From Chiloscyllium plagiosum (taxonomy: Eukaryota): a DNA stretch of 64,000 nucleotides. The DNA is taken from NCBI RefSeq assembly GCF_004010195.1, contig NC_057718.1, positions 5,933,110 to 5,997,109 of the forward strand, in the 5' to 3' direction. Below are positions 11,267 to 24,474 of this stretch, one piece after another. The translations under genes and the position numbers were made by a program. The notes under the pieces are model-generated. The model worked only from the letters and a program-made list of their open reading frames with translations. It was not told where the DNA came from and made no database searches. Positions within the stretch are counted from its first letter, which is position 1, and the number at the start of each line of letters is the position of its first letter.

Positions 11267-14200
11267 CACTGGATCAGGAGTCCCACATGGTGTGTTGCCT
11301 GCCCGGTGCCAGGGTGCAGGACATCTCTGAATGGCTTGAAAGGATATTGGAGCGGGAAGGGGTAGATCCAGTTGTCGTGGTCCACGTGGGCACTAACAAC
11401 ATAGGCAAGGCTAGGAAGGAGGACCTGTTTGGGGAGTATCAAACTCTAGGAAGGAAATTGAAGAACAGGTCCTTGAGGGTCATAATCTCTGGATTACTAC
11501 CCGAGCCACGTGCTAATTGGCTTAGGGATAAGAAAATTAGGGAAGTAAACATATGGCTGTGAGATTGGTGTGGGAAAGAGGGATTCCACTTCATGGGACA
11601 TTGACATCAGTTTTGGAACCGGGGTGATCTGTACCGATGGGACGGTCTCCACCTGAATCAATCTGGAACCAGTGTTCTGGCAAAAAGGATAAATAGGATG
11701 GTCACTGGGACTTTAAACTTGTGAGTCTGGGGGAAGGGAAAGGGAAAGCGACAGGGAGTATGGAGTCAGGTAGAAAGAGAAGCAGCAGGTTAGCATGTGT
11801 GCAGGGTTCAAGTTCAAGGCAGACTAGGAATGAAGCAAAAAGGAAGGATAACTTCAGACATATTACTAGAGATGTTGGACATCATGAGGATAAGAAAATT
11901 AGCATTAAGGTGCTATATCTGAATGCTTGAAGTATTCAAAACAAAGTTGATGAATTAACAACACAAATCATCGCGAATGATTATGATGTGGTCGGCATCA
12001 CAGAGACATGGTTGCAGGGGGTTCAGGACTGGTGGTTAAACATGCAAGAATTTAAAACTTATCGAAAGACAGGGAAGTGGGCAGAGGGGCAGGATTGCCC
12101 TATTAGTTAAGAATGAAATTAAATCTATGGCATTAATGATATAGGGTCAGATGATGTGGAGTCTGTGTGGGTGGAGTTGAGAAACCACAAAGGCAAAAAA
12201 ATCCATAATGTGAGTTATGTACAGACCTTCCAGCAGTGGTCAGGACCAGGGACACAAGATGTACCAGGGAATAGATAGGGCATGTCTCAAAGGTAAGGTC
12301 ACGGTGATCATGGGGGACTTCAATATGCAAATGAATAATGTTGCTGGTGGATCCAAAGAAAGGGAATTCATGGAATGCGTATAGGATGGCTTTTTGGAAA
12401 AGCTTGTGATGGAGCCTACAAGGGAGCAGGCTATTCTGGAGTTAATGCTATGTAACGTGTCAGACTTTATAAAAAATCTTAAAATTAGGGAACACTTAGG
12501 AGGCAGCGATCATAATATGGTAGAGTTCAGTCTGCAGTTCGAAAGAGAGAAGGCAAAATTGGATGTAATGGTGTTACAGTTAAATACAGGGGCATGAGAG
12601 AGGAACTGATGAAAATTGCCTGGAAGCAGAGCTTAGTGAGGAAGACTGTAGAGCAACAATGTCAGGAGTTTCTGGTTGTAATTGAGGATGCAGTACAGAG
12701 GTTCATCCCAAAGAAAAGAAAGATTATCTGGGATAGCAGGATGGGGGAGGGCGAAATTAGACAACCATGGCTGACAAAGGAACTCAGGAAACGTATCACA
12801 GAAAAAGAGAGGGCCTATAAAGTGACCAAGAGCACAGGGAAATCAGAAGACTGGGAAGACTACAAAAACAAACAGAGGATAGCAAAGACAGAAATAAGGA
12901 AGGAGAAATATGAAGGTAGGCTAGCCAGTGATATTAGAAATGATAGTAAAAGTTTCTTTCAATATATAAGAAACAAACAAGAGGTAAAAATAGAGATTGG
13001 GCCACGCCAAATTGATGCAGGAAGGCTGGTGATAGGAGATAAGGAAATAGCTGAAGAACTTAATAAATACTTGTGTCAGTCTTCACAGTGGAAGACAGGA
13101 ATAATATCCAAACAATTAAGGAGGGTCAAGGGGCAGAGTTGAGTATGGTGGCCATTACGAAGGAGAAAGGACTTGATAAGCTAAAAAGTCTAAAATTGAT
13201 AAATCTCCTGCCCCGAATGGGCTACATCCTAGAGTTCTGAGGGAGGTGGCTGAAGAAATAGTGGAGGTGTGGGTTAGAGTCAGGGAAAATCCCAGATGAT
13301 TGAAAAATTGCTGTTGTAATCCCCTTGTTCAAGAAAGATGGAAAATTATAGGTCAATTAGCCTAACCTCAGTTGTAGGTAAAATTCCAGAATCCATCATT
13401 AAGTTAGGTGGACAGGCAGGTAGTTCTGAGGAGGTGGGGAGGCTGCAGAAAGATTTGGACAGTTTAGGAGAGAGGTCTAAGAAATGGCTGATGAAATTCA
13501 ATGTGAGCAAATGTGAGGTCTTGCAATTTGGTAAAAAGAATACATGCATAAACTATTTTATAAGTGGTGAGAAAATTCATGAAGCCAAAGTACAAAGGGA
13601 TCTGGGAGTGCTAATATAGGATTCTTTAAAAGTTGCAGGTTGAGTCCGTGGTTAAGAAAGCAAATGTAACGTTGTCATTTATTTCAAGAGGGTTGGAATG
13701 TAAAAGCAGTGAGGTGCTACTGAGACTTTATAAAGCTCTAGTTAGGCCCCATTTAAAATACTGTGACCAATGTTGAGCCTCACACCTCAGGAAGGACATA
13801 CTTGCACAGGAACGTGTCCAGCGGAGATTCACACGGATGACCCCTGGAATGGGAGGTCTAACATACGATGAACGGCTGAGAATCCTGGGATTGTATTCAT
13901 TAGAGTTCAGAAGGTTGAGGGGAGATCTAATAGAAACTTACAAGATAATGCATGGCTTAGAAAGGGTGGACGCTGGGAAATTGTTTCTGTCAGGCAGGGA
14001 TACTAAGACTCGTGGGCAGAGCCTTATTACAAGGGATCAATTTAGAATGGAAATGAGGAGACATTTCTTCAGCCAGAGAGTGGTGGGCCTGTGGAATTCA
14101 CTGCCACGGAGTGCAGTGGAGACCGGGTCGTTAAAAGTCTTCAAGGCACAGATTGATAAATTCTTAATCTCGCAAGGAATTAAGGAATACGGGGAGAGTG

Positions 14201-14300
14201 CGGTAAATGGCGTTGAAACGCCATCAGCCATGATTAAATAGTGGAGTGGACTCAATGGGCCGAATGGCCTTACTTCCGCTCCTATTTCTTATGGTATTAT
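11267..14300 (+). mobile_element. 5'-truncated CR1 LINE: ORF1 C-terminus, APE endonuclease, RT with a large internal deletion, 3'UTR
   Basis: MVCCLPGARVQD..VVVHVGTNN, LYLNA, GITETW, IMGDFN, GSDHNMV, NYRSISLTSVVGK joined directly to LGG..LQKDLD, FFSQRVVGLWNSLP, tail ttatgg repeats. Confidence 0.92.
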
Positions 14301-14612
14301 GGTAAATTAGTCAGGGGTGAGGAGGGGTGTTACAGTGATAGGGTAGGAGTGTGCATCTGGGTGGGATGCTCTTTGGAGGGTTGGTTCTGCATTGTAGGGA
14401 TTCCATAACTCAAAAAGGAAACTCAGTGATCAAAAATATGTGTGAGCACTCCAGATAGAAAGGAAGAATCAGTATATATGGATGTTAGCATGTTAAAGAG
14501 TTTGTATAACATGAAGGATGGTCAGATAATTATGGGGCGGTGATTGCTTTGTTGTATTATCTCTAGATTATTCATCCAAGGACCCACATAATATTCTAGG
14601 GCTTAGATCAGA

Positions 14613-14905
14613 GTGGCACGGTGGCACAGTGGTTAGCACTGCTGCCTCACAGCGCCAGAGACCCGCGTTCAGTTCCCGCCTCAGGCGACGCTCTATGTGG
14701 AGTTTGCACATTCTCCCCGTGTCTGTGTGGGTTTCCTCCGGGTGCGGTTTCCGCCCACAGTCCGAAAATGTGCAGGTTAGGCAAATTGGCCACGCTAAAT
14801 TGCCTGTAGCGTGGGGTGAATGTAAGGGAATGGGTCTGGGTGGGTTACGCTGTGGCGGGTCGGTGTGGACTTATTGGACCAAAGGGCCTGTTTCCACACT
14901 GTAAG
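14613..14905 (+). mobile_element. HE1-type V-SINE (CpG-rich, relatively young)
   Basis: gtggcacggtggcacagtggttagcactgctgcctcacagcgccagagacccg...gggcctgtttccacactgtaag. Confidence 0.9.
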
Positions 14906-15019
14906 TAATCTAAAAAAAAAGGTCAGGCAGCATCTGAGGAACAGGACCTGCTGTGCTTTTCCAGCACCACTCTGATCTAAACTCTGGTTTCCAGCATCTG
15001 CCATCCTCACTTTTGTAGA

Positions 15020-15300
15020 ATATTCTGGAGCTGAAGTTCAAACTCACCATGGCAGATGGTGGAATATGAAATCAATAAATAAAAAAATCTGGAATAAAAT
15101 TTCGACAGGCAAAACCATTACTGATTGTTGGGGGGAAAAACTATCGGGTTCACTAAGGTTCTTGAGGGAAGAAAACTGCCATCCTTATCTGGCCTACATG
15201 TCACTCCAGACCCACAATAATGTGGGAAACTCTTAACTGCCCTCTGGGCAATTAGGGATGGGCAATAAGTACGAGCCCAGTCAGTGATGCCCACAATGAA
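15020..15300 (+). mobile_element. SINE or LINE-3'-tail family (ccatctggttcactaatg..ggaaggaaa.tgcc.tccttac..gactccagacccacag..gggatgggcaataa)
   Basis: Homologous copies at ~7600-8170, 35000-35240, 40215-40410, 44690-44850 (minus), 45440-45710, 58940-59130 and 62690-63200. Confidence 0.7.
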
Positions 15301-15614
15301 GAAACAACAAAAGGGACAGAGTGCATTTGCAGAGGTGAAAATACAGGATTTTTTTTTTAAATTGAAAGGGCTTGACAATGAATCAGAAATTGAAAATTGA
15401 TACTCGCTTCCCTGCAGGTTTCAGGCTCCCCTCTGGAGCGGCTGCCTATCCCCAACACCACCACCACAACACAATAGGATCACTTTTCACTCCCCTACTC
15501 TCTGAGAAGCTGTCCATGCTCCCAGACCCCACACAGACATCTCTCACAGCTGACAAGGCACCAGACACTTCAAGGCTTACCAGCTCCACACTCCCAAGAT
15601 CACAGAGCACTTAC

Positions 15615-15686
15615 AGGACCAGATTTGGCATCCTCTGCACAAGCCCCTGGGCGGTTGACGTGAACAACACTGGAAGCTTGCCCCCG
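15615..15686 (-). CDS. Candidate exon E5: (N)GGKLPVLFTSTAQGLVQRMPNLV(L)
   Basis: gtttttggtcacag| acceptor and CCT|gtaagt donor. 72 nt, phase 2 to 2, compatible with E4 and E6; non-repeat sequence. Confidence 0.5.
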
Positions 15687-15725
15687 CTGTGACCAAAAAC
15701 CGTGGTACACCTTCTCCCCCTCCCC

Positions 15726-15887
15726 CTGCACATCTTTGGACATTGAGAGGAAACCGGAACACCTGGAGGAAATCCACGCAGACAGAGGGAGAACATGCAA
15801 ACTCCACACAGACAGTCACCCGAGGGTAGAATCCTGGACTCTGGTGCTGTGAGGCAGCAGTGCCAACCACTGAGCCACTGTGCCACC
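15726..15887 (-). mobile_element. HE1-type V-SINE (5' half)
   Basis: Reverse complement of the HE1 head and V-domain. Confidence 0.85.
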
Positions 15888-16073
15888 CAAAGTTTACAGA
15901 GGGCAGAAGGTCACTTTTGAACAGTGAGTTCAAGCATTGTTCCTAATATGTTTAGAGACCACATGGTAATGAAATTAGGAAAATAAAACTTATGATCTAT
16001 CAGACCAGGTTGAGCTCAAAGATCTGACTGTATTACCATGATCTGGAATCATGACTTAAGTAAAAAGCAAGAG

Positions 16074-18602
16074 CGAGTTTTGAGAAGATTTGTAGCTCAG
16101 GTTGAGGTTCTGGATGTAGGTTTGCTCACTGATCTAGAAGGTTCATTTTCAGACATTTCATCACCCTACTAGGTAACATCTTCAGTGGGCCTCAGGCAAA
16201 GCAGTGTCCATGATTCCTGCTTTCTGTTTATATGCTTGGGTTTCTTTGGGTTGGTGATGTTATTTCCTGTGGTGATGTAATTTCCTGTGGTGATTTCCTG
16301 TTTTCTTTCTCAGGGGGTGGTAGATGGGGTCTAGCTCAATGTTGATAGAGTTCTGTTTGGAATGCTATGGTTCTAGGAATTCTCGTGCATGTCTCTGTTT
16401 GGCCTGTCCTAGGATGGATGTATTCTCCCAGTCAAAGTCGTGTCCTTCCTTATCTGTGTGTACAGATACTAGTGAGAGAGGGTCATGTCGTTTTGTGTCT
16501 AGTTGGTGGTCATGTATCCTAGTGGCTAGTTTTCTGTCTGTTTGTCCAATGTAGTGTTTGTTACAGTTCTTGCACGGTATTTTGTAAATACCATTCGTTT
16601 TGCTTGTTGTCTGTATAGGGTCTTTCAATTTCATTAGCTGCTGTTTTAGTGTGTTGGTGGGTTTGTGGGCTACCATGCTGCCAAGGAGTCTGAGTAGTCG
16701 GGCAGTCATTTCCGAGATGTCTTTGAGGTAGGGGAGAACGTTTAGGGTTTCTGGACGTGTTTGTCTGCTTGTTTGGGTTTGTTGCTGAGAAATCAGTGGA
16801 CTGTGGTCATTGGGTACCCATTCTTTTTGAATACACGGTATAGGTGATTTTCCGCTACTCTGCGTAGTTCCTCTGTACTGCAGTGTGTGTTGGCTCATTG
16901 AAATAATGTTCTGATGCATCCACATTTGTGGATGTTGGGATGATTGCTTCTGTAGTTTCAGTATTTGGTTCGTATGTGTTGTTTTCCTGTAGACACTGGT
17001 TTGAAGTTGCCCATTGGCTGTTCGCTCTACTGTGACATCAAGGAATGGCAGTTTGTTGTTGTTTTCCTCCTCTTTAGTGAATTTTATGCCAATGCGGGTA
17101 TTATTGATCGACTTGAAAGTTTTCTCTAATTTTGTTTCGTTTAGTGATGACAAAGGTGTCATCCACGTAGCAGACCCAAAGCTTGGGTTGGACGTTTGGC
17201 AGAGCTGTTTGTTCAAGTCTCTGCATTACTGCCTCTGCTAAGAACCCTGATATCGGAGATCCCATGGGTGTTCCGTTGGTTTGTCTGTAGGTTTTGTTGT
17301 TGAAGGTGAATGTGTGGTAAGGCATAGGTCCAGTAGCTTCCCAATGCTGTCCTTGCTGATGAAGTTGGTGGGGTTTGGAGCGTGTCTTTGGGTCTTCTAA
17401 TAGTGTAGTCTGTGTTTCCTTGGCCAGGTTAATGTTGATTGATGTAAACAGGGCTGTTACATCAAAGGAGACCATTATTTCATCCTCTGCTATCTTAGTG
17501 TCTTTGATGGTCTCCAGGAATTCTTGCGTGAAGTGGATGGAGTGGTGTGAGTCTTCTACTAAGTATTTTAGCTACGAAGGTGTAGCTCCTTGACTAATCT
17601 GTAAGTTGGTGTTCCAGGTAGCAAGGCTATGGGTCTGAGAGTGGGCTCCTGGTTTGTGAATTTTGAGTAATCCGTAGAAGCGTGGTGTGTTGGATCTGTT
17701 TGCTTTCATTTTTTGGAAGTCGGTCTTATTTATTGCTCCAGATTTCTGAAGGTTTTTGAATAAGGCTGTGATTTGGTTCTCCAGTTGTGGGGTTGGGTCT
17801 ATCACCACCTGTTGGTAAGTGTTGGTATCTGTCAGTAGTGTGTTCGCTTTTTCAATGTAGTCTCTTCGATTTGTATTGAAGACATTTAGATAGTACCTGT
17901 TTCCTTAGGCATTCGTGCAGGAGGTACAGCTGTTCGTGGGTGGCGCTCTGTCGGATGACATTCGTTTCCCATTTTCGGGCCATTCTTAGCGTATTGCGCC
18001 CATAGGTCTTAGCGAATTTTGAGAAGATTTGTAGCTCAGGTTGAGGTTCTGAATGTAGGTTTGCTCGCAGGGCTGGAATGTTCATTTCCAGACATTTTGT
18101 CATCCTACTAGGTAACATCTTCAGTGGGCCTGAGGCGAAGGAGTGTACATGATTCCTGCTTTCTATTTATATGTTTGGGTTTCTTTGGGTTGGTGATGTT
18201 ACTTCCTGTGGTGATGTCATTTCCTGTTTTTTTTTCTCAGGGGTGGTAGATGGGGTCTAACTTGATGTGCTTGTTGATAGAGTTCCAGTTGGGACAACAC
18301 ATCCACCTTAGGACAAACCAAACAGAGACACACGCGAGAATTTCTAGAAGCATGGCATTCCAACCGAAACTCTATCAACAAACACATCGAGTTCGACCCC
18401 ATCTACCACCCCTGAGAAAAAGCACATGAAATGACATCACCACAGGAAATAACATCACCAATCCAAAGAAACCCAAACACATAAACAGAAAGCAGGAATC
18501 ATGGACACTGCTTCGCCTGAGGCTCACTGAAGATGTTACCTAGTAGGGTGACGAAACATCTGGAAGTGAACCTCCCAGGTCAGCAAGCAAACCTACATCC
18601 AG
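16074..18602 (-). mobile_element. Penelope-like element: decayed RT plus GIY-YIG endonuclease, direct pLTRs and an inverted pLTR, 12-bp TSD
   Basis: PRFYGLLKIHKPG, MVSFDVTALFTSI, GTPMGSPISG, YVDDTFV, KLPFLDVTV, GIYKIPCKNCNKHYIGQT.RKLATRIHDH. pLTR at 16077-16330 repeated at 18017-18290, inverted copy at 18290-18602. TSD aaaaagcaagag at 16062-16073 and 18603-18614. Confidence 0.93.
18524..18563 (+). ncRNA. Minimal hammerhead motif (family A) in Penelope pLTR; minus-strand sister copies at ~16149-16188 and ~18088-18127
   Basis: tca-CTGAAGA-t-gttacc-tagtag-ggtgac-GAAAC-ATC-tgg. Confidence 0.72.
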
Positions 18603-18619
18603 AAAAAGCAAGAGAAGAA

Positions 18620-19455
18620 AGTTACGCTTGTGTAGCTCCTTTGTCCACCTGATAGCTCAGATCACCTTATGGTCAATACAGCATGTTTGACATGTTTTAA
18701 TGTCGGAAATATGACAGCCAATACGCAGAGTAAATTCCCAAAAACAGAAATAAGATAATGGCCAGATAATATGCTTCTGTAATATTAATTGAGAGTTAAA
18801 TATTTGTCACAACATTGGGGATTACTCACCTGCTCATCTGTGGAACAGTGCCACTCAGATCTTTCACATCTACCCAAACTGGTAAATGGTGCTTCAGATT
18901 AACATTTCATGGATTCAGGCATCTCCAACAGCATAGCATTCCATCAGCACTACACTGAATGGCCAGCCTTGACTTGCATCCTCACAACCAAAACTCGGAC
19001 TTAGAGTCATTGAGTTGTACAGCATGGAAACAGACCTTTTTGTCTAACTTGCCCATGCCAACCAGATATCCTAAATTAATTTAGTCTTATTTACCACCAT
19101 TTGGCCCATATCCCTCTAAGCCCTTCTTATTCATATACCTCAGATGCTTCTTAAATATTATAAATGTATCAACCTCCACTACTTCCTCTGGCAGCTCATT
19201 CCATGCACGCACCACTCTCTGTGTGAGAAAGTAGCCCTTTAGGTCCCTTTTATAACTTTCTCCTCTCACCATAAACCTCTGTCCTCTAGGTTTGGACTCC
19301 CCCACTGTGGGAAAAGGCCTTGTCTATTTATCTATACATGCCCCTCATGATTTTACAAATCCCGATAAGGTCACCCCTCAGTCTCCAATGCTTCAGGGAA
19401 AGGAGTTTGAACCTGTAACTTTATGAATTAAGAATGCCACCACCTGAATTATAGC
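18620..19455 (-). mobile_element. Deu-domain SINE interrupted by a CR1 3' fragment (19003-19400, minus)
   Basis: Deu-like core at 18700-18970. The tRNA head is split (ggactt|...|gaacctgtaac) by CR1 sequence encoding YFLTQRVVRAWNELPEEVV. Confidence 0.65.
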
Positions 19456-20759
19456 GAACATGCAGTGTCAAAATGAGACTTCAAACAATCATACATAATT
19501 TAAAATGTCTTTTCACCATCTTTCGTTTTGGTTGTGCATCAAGTTAGTTCTGGGTTTGTGCCCACAACAGGGATCCTGCACCCTGGCATTCCAGTATTCT
19601 ACTGACAACGATAAGATGTAGGAATAGAAATAGGCCATTCAGCCCATCAAGTCTTCTCCACCATTCAATGAGATCATGGTTGATCTGATAATCATCAATT
19701 CCACTTTCCTGCCTCCTCCCCATAACCTTTGATTCTCTTACTGATTTACTTCATTACTTACTGAGGAAGTGATGTTGTTTTGACCATGATGTTGATCAAT
19801 TGTCTCTTATATTGGCTTTGATGGATGGGTTACTGGAATAAAGTACAGGAACTTAGTCATGCCCTAGTCGATATAATTTCCTCATCCAACATTATCAAAA
19901 CTGACTTCAGTCATTAGGTGTTATGAGAGCAATACATTGTCATTTTTTTAAAAAACCATCAAAATGATTGATTTCAGGAGAAGTTTTTTTTGAGATGCAT
20001 CTGAATGTTTTGATAAGGTGTTACCTAAATCAACATTCTTTCTGACTCTCAGAAGGCAAACATCTGAAGCTATAAAAAGACAAACCAAATTTGAAAAACA
20101 GACAATTCCTAACTCGTCTCAGACTTTGGTGAAATACAGGGTTGTCAGATCCCCCCTCAGTTACTTTGGTTTCCTCTGTCTGGGTGCAGTGTATTGAAGT
20201 CTGTCCAAGATTGTATTTTTTTTTAAAACTTAAAGGATAATCTGATTTTATAGATAGGCAACACCTTATCACTTAGCAATACACATACAAGAATATTTAC
20301 CCCATTGTAATCTTCCTTTTAACGTGAATCGTGGAGCTGGTTAGTAAAATGCTTGTTGGAATCTACTTAAGAGAAAGAAAGTGATAGAGGTGCAGAACTA
20401 GAATAGATAATGAGTGCAGAGGCTATGCCAGGAGCAGATGTTCAGTAATGGGATGCTGGCCTGGTGAAGATACAACACAGGATTATATTCAAGCTTAACA
20501 ATGGAAGCATCATGTGATAGGTAAGCAATCACCCAGCGAATGGATTATTCTAAGTTCCACCACATCCCATTGTGAATGACTTTGGACAACTAAACAATTA
20601 ACTGTAGCAGGAGGCTCCTGTCCTCAATACTCGGGAGCCGAGCTCAGTGATGGCATCCAGAAGTGCCGACTAATGAGGAATTGCTTACTAAGGTCTCCAA
20701 CATCATCAATGCCAGTTTTCAATCCATTTGATTCATTCCAGTGATGTCAAGAAATAAAG

Positions 20760-21320
20760 GCATAAGGCTTATGAAGAAGGAGCAGAAATAGGCCACTCGG
20801 CCCATCAAGTCTGCTCTGTCATTAAATACAATCTGATTTATCTGATAATCCCCATCTTTTCTGACTTCTCCCCATAACCCTTGATTCTCTTGCAAGTTAA
20901 AAATCTTTCTATCTCAACCTTAAATATATTTAATGACCCAACCTCAACACTCCTCTGTGGTAAAGAATTCCACAGATTCATTACGCTGTGAGAGAAGAAA
21001 TTCCTCACCTCCAACTTAAATCTGCAACACCTTATTCTGAGATTATATGCTGTCTCTAGACTCTCCCACAAGAGGAAACAACTTTTGCTCATCTACCCTA
21101 TCAAGTCCTCTAAGAAATCTTGTATGTTTCAATAAGGTCACCCCTCAATCTCCTGTATTCTAATGAGTACTGACCCAAACTGTTCAATCTCTCTTCATAA
21201 AGTTGTCCCTTCCATGCCTTTGATTAGCCATTGGAAACTTCTCTGGCCAGCCTCCAAACTCAGATACCTTTCTTTAGAAAACGGATCTAAAACCATGATT
21301 TGACTCATGCCTTGTATATG
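20760..21320 (-). mobile_element. CR1 LINE 3' fragment
   Basis: RNFFSHSVMNLWNSLPQRSVE..SLNIFKVEIERFL..KGYG plus 3'UTR. Confidence 0.85.
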
Positions 21321-21514
21321 TCCGAAATGGCTGAAGCAGTGAATATTGCAAAGGTTATGGGCTCTGACCGCAGTTCAGGTTGTAGTACTGAAGACATGTG
21401 TACCAGAATTATCTACATCCCTATTTCAGCATGGCTACAATATCTTCATTTATCTGACAATGTGAAAAATTGAAGAGGTATATTGTGTCCATAAAAAGCA
21501 AATCCAAGCAAGCC

Positions 21515-21880
21515 ACACACTGCTCTATCAATCCCCTTGCTCCTGGCTCTATGTATATTGCTCACTGCCTTGGGAAGGCAGTCAACATCGTCAAAGACCC
21601 CTCCCACCCCGGTTATAATCTCTGTAAATCTCTTCTGTCAGGGAGAAGATACAAAAACTTAAACACATACTATTGTTAGATTTGTGAATGGACCTTTCAA
21701 ATTTTAAATTTAATGTTGATCTTGCTCGTTGCGCACCTTCTCTGCAGCTGTAACATTGTATTCCTCACTCTGTTCTATTGCACTTTGTATGGCATGACCT
21801 GCCTGTGCTGCACGCAAAACAAAACCTTTCTCTGTACCGAGGTGCATGTGACAATAATTAATCAAATCACATCAAATCAA
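21515..21880 (+). mobile_element. Rex1/Babar-type LINE 3' end
   Basis: HCLGKAVNIVKDPSHPGY.L...LLSGRRYKNL; 3'UTR ctgtaccgaggtgcatgtgacaataa with (atcaa)n tail. Confidence 0.7.
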
Positions 21881-23481
21881 AGCAAACCAAGAGGTGAGAC
21901 AAAAGTAACTGCTCTTGATACTGAAATAGTATTTGGCTGAGAGTGAAACCGAGGAGCTCTGGCTAAATTTGAATGACAGAGAGTTACAATAGCACAAGGA
22001 AAGTAGCCTCATGTCAAGCATCTGACTGCAAGAACTCATTAGCATTATCCTAATCAACCCATTTCGAAACATTATTGTGCGTATCTAAAGTAGGTAGAAT
22101 TTGAACTCAGGCCTTCTGGCTCAGAGGCATGAACATTATCACTGCACCACAAGAAGCCAGCTCCTTAGTTTAACATCCAAGGCTCAACCATCTTCAACTG
22201 CTTCATGCATTACCTTTCCCTTTGCATAAGGTCACCAATGGGAATATTCACTGATTGCGAGTACTGAGCGGCATTCACAACTCCTTAGTTACTCATGCAA
22301 TCCAAGTCCACATGCAGTAAGACAGGAGGCAACATGTAGGTTTGTTCAGATGAATGTATCTGCCCCTGGCTTGATCCTGAAAACAGTTCACCCACCTTAG
22401 AGAGTGCCCCCGAATTGAGGCAGCCAATGACCCAGGGTACTGCTGCCTGGAATGATGGGGTTGGCAAATCTTCCCAGCACCATATCATCGGTGGAAAATT
22501 CCAGACCATCACCATAGTCTCAATATTCCCAATAATTCTAAGTCCGCATATGGCAAAACATTCATCACTTTCCACTTCCTCCTTCCAGTGATAATTCTCA
22601 CATTGTACTTTTCACAGTCGGAAACTTTGCACCTCTACATTCCCAAAGCTTTGGATGACTTGGAAAACTTGGACATGGTTCATTATTAAATTTTACTAAT
22701 CCTTCAAAACATTTACACACGTGTATGTTGTTGTCATCACAGCTGATGGGAATGCAAGAAGAAGTCAGATCTCAGAATGTTCCCTGGTTTGATTGGTGAT
22801 GAATTGCTGAGGCCAGTTGCTTAGCTTGGATGGCTGATTTCTGTTGCAGAGTGTCACTGTCAATAGGGTTCAATTCCCACAGTAGCTGAAGTCACCTGAA
22901 GGATTTACCTTCTTGACATGAGGTGTGGTGACCCTCAGGTTAAATTCACCAAAGGTCTCCTCTCTAATGCGAAAGTATGATGGTGGCAACTTTACCTTTC
23001 ACTTTATATTTCCATTTGGCCAACTTGATGGTTGATTACTAAAACATATTCACAACAGTGTTTATTGTACAAAATATGCAACAAATAAACAAAGCTATGC
23101 ATATATTGTTAGAAAGAACTTAGATTTATAAAATAGAATGCTTGCATTTATATATTTCCTTTTATGACGTCAGGCCATCTCAAAGCTTTGAGTCAATAGA
23201 ATGCTTAATGCAAGGAAACTCGGCAAACAATAAAGCAATGATCAGATGACCTGCTCCAGTGATGCTGGATGAGTGATTGCTTTGCCAAAGTGCAGTAAAT
23301 GTCATCTGCTCACCTTCAAAATAGTACAATGAGATCTCTGGTGTTCATGTTAGAGGGCATTTGAATTATGTCTCAAATGGAAAATGTCACGTTGAACCAT
23401 GAGATGTTACCTTAGCTCTGTCAACCTCAACTTTGTGTTCCTTGAATGCAAGATGTTTTATCTCAGAATTGACTCAAATGT

Positions 23482-23660
23482 ACATGCACACAGACACACA
23501 GACACACACACACAGAGTCACATACACACACACACATCACACATGCACACAGACGCACATGCACATGCACACAGACGCACATGCACATGCACACAGACAC
23601 CAATGCACACACATACGTGTGCATGCATACACACGCACACACACAAATACACACATACAC
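23482..23660. repeat. Degenerate (CA)n/(GCACAT)n microsatellite
   Basis: Directly visible alternating purine-pyrimidine tract. Confidence 0.95.
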
Positions 23661-23975
23661 TTGAAAACATCAGAACAATATAGTTAGCACTTATTTTGAT
23701 GAATGCAGTTAGTCGCTGGGCTATCAGATGAGCTAGTTTCCTCTTCTCTCCTTTGAAACTTGAAAGAAAGTTGAAACTCCTGTTATATTTGACAGTAAAC
23801 ATGTCCAGCAATCAATAAAGCAGGTGTTTCATAAAGTATGATTCAGAGAATGCAAAGAGCAAATTTTACTGGAATCTGATCATAATGCTCTGATCACCAA
23901 GAAGGAAGAGAGACCCTCAAACACTATTGAGAGTTCAGGGAAGAATCACAAGGCTAGGATTAGGGACAAACTGAC

Positions 23976-24067
23976 TTGAATACTTTCACATCTTCCAAAT
24001 GCACATCAAATCCATGTAGAGCTTCGCTCAGGACTTCTATCTTTTCACCATCTTCCCAGTACATCCT
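23976..24067 (-). CDS. Candidate exon E4: RMYWEDGEKIEVLSEALHGFDVHLEDVKVF(N)
   Basis: actctcttgtggttcag| acceptor and AA|gtcagt donor. 92 nt, only one open frame (phase 0 to 2), protein-like composition, unique sequence. Confidence 0.55.
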
Positions 24068-24474
24068 CTGAACCACAAGAGAGTGCATGTGTGTCTCAGA
24101 TACGGCGTGGTTAGAGGATTACCTCAGGTCTACACCATGGAAGCCCAATTCCCAAAACTGTTTAAAGCCCCCTAAATCCTATCCCCACCCACCCCCAGTC
24201 CACCCAATGTTCCACAGACACCTCTGGACCCTCTTACTCTCCATGTCACCACATACACAACTGAGATACCCCAGGTTGACTCCGTCATTCATAGCTCCCA
24301 TTCCACCTCCTTCTGCCTTGATGGTTACAATAACCACTGACCAAATATGTACTCTGTACAGTTCCCAATAGATAGAAAAGTGAATGGGAACTTTTTTTAA
24401 AAAATCATTAGAAAAGATTTTAAACCTCTAATAATCCAACAAAACTCTGTAATTAACTGAAATAACTGTACAGA

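Noticed and set aside
14613..14690. tRNA genes at HE1 and other SINE heads
   Set aside because: A/B boxes run straight into SINE bodies; no complete cloverleaf or terminator.
23399..23811. His/Thr-rich and Cys/Val-rich ORFs
   Set aside because: Translations of a (CA)n microsatellite.
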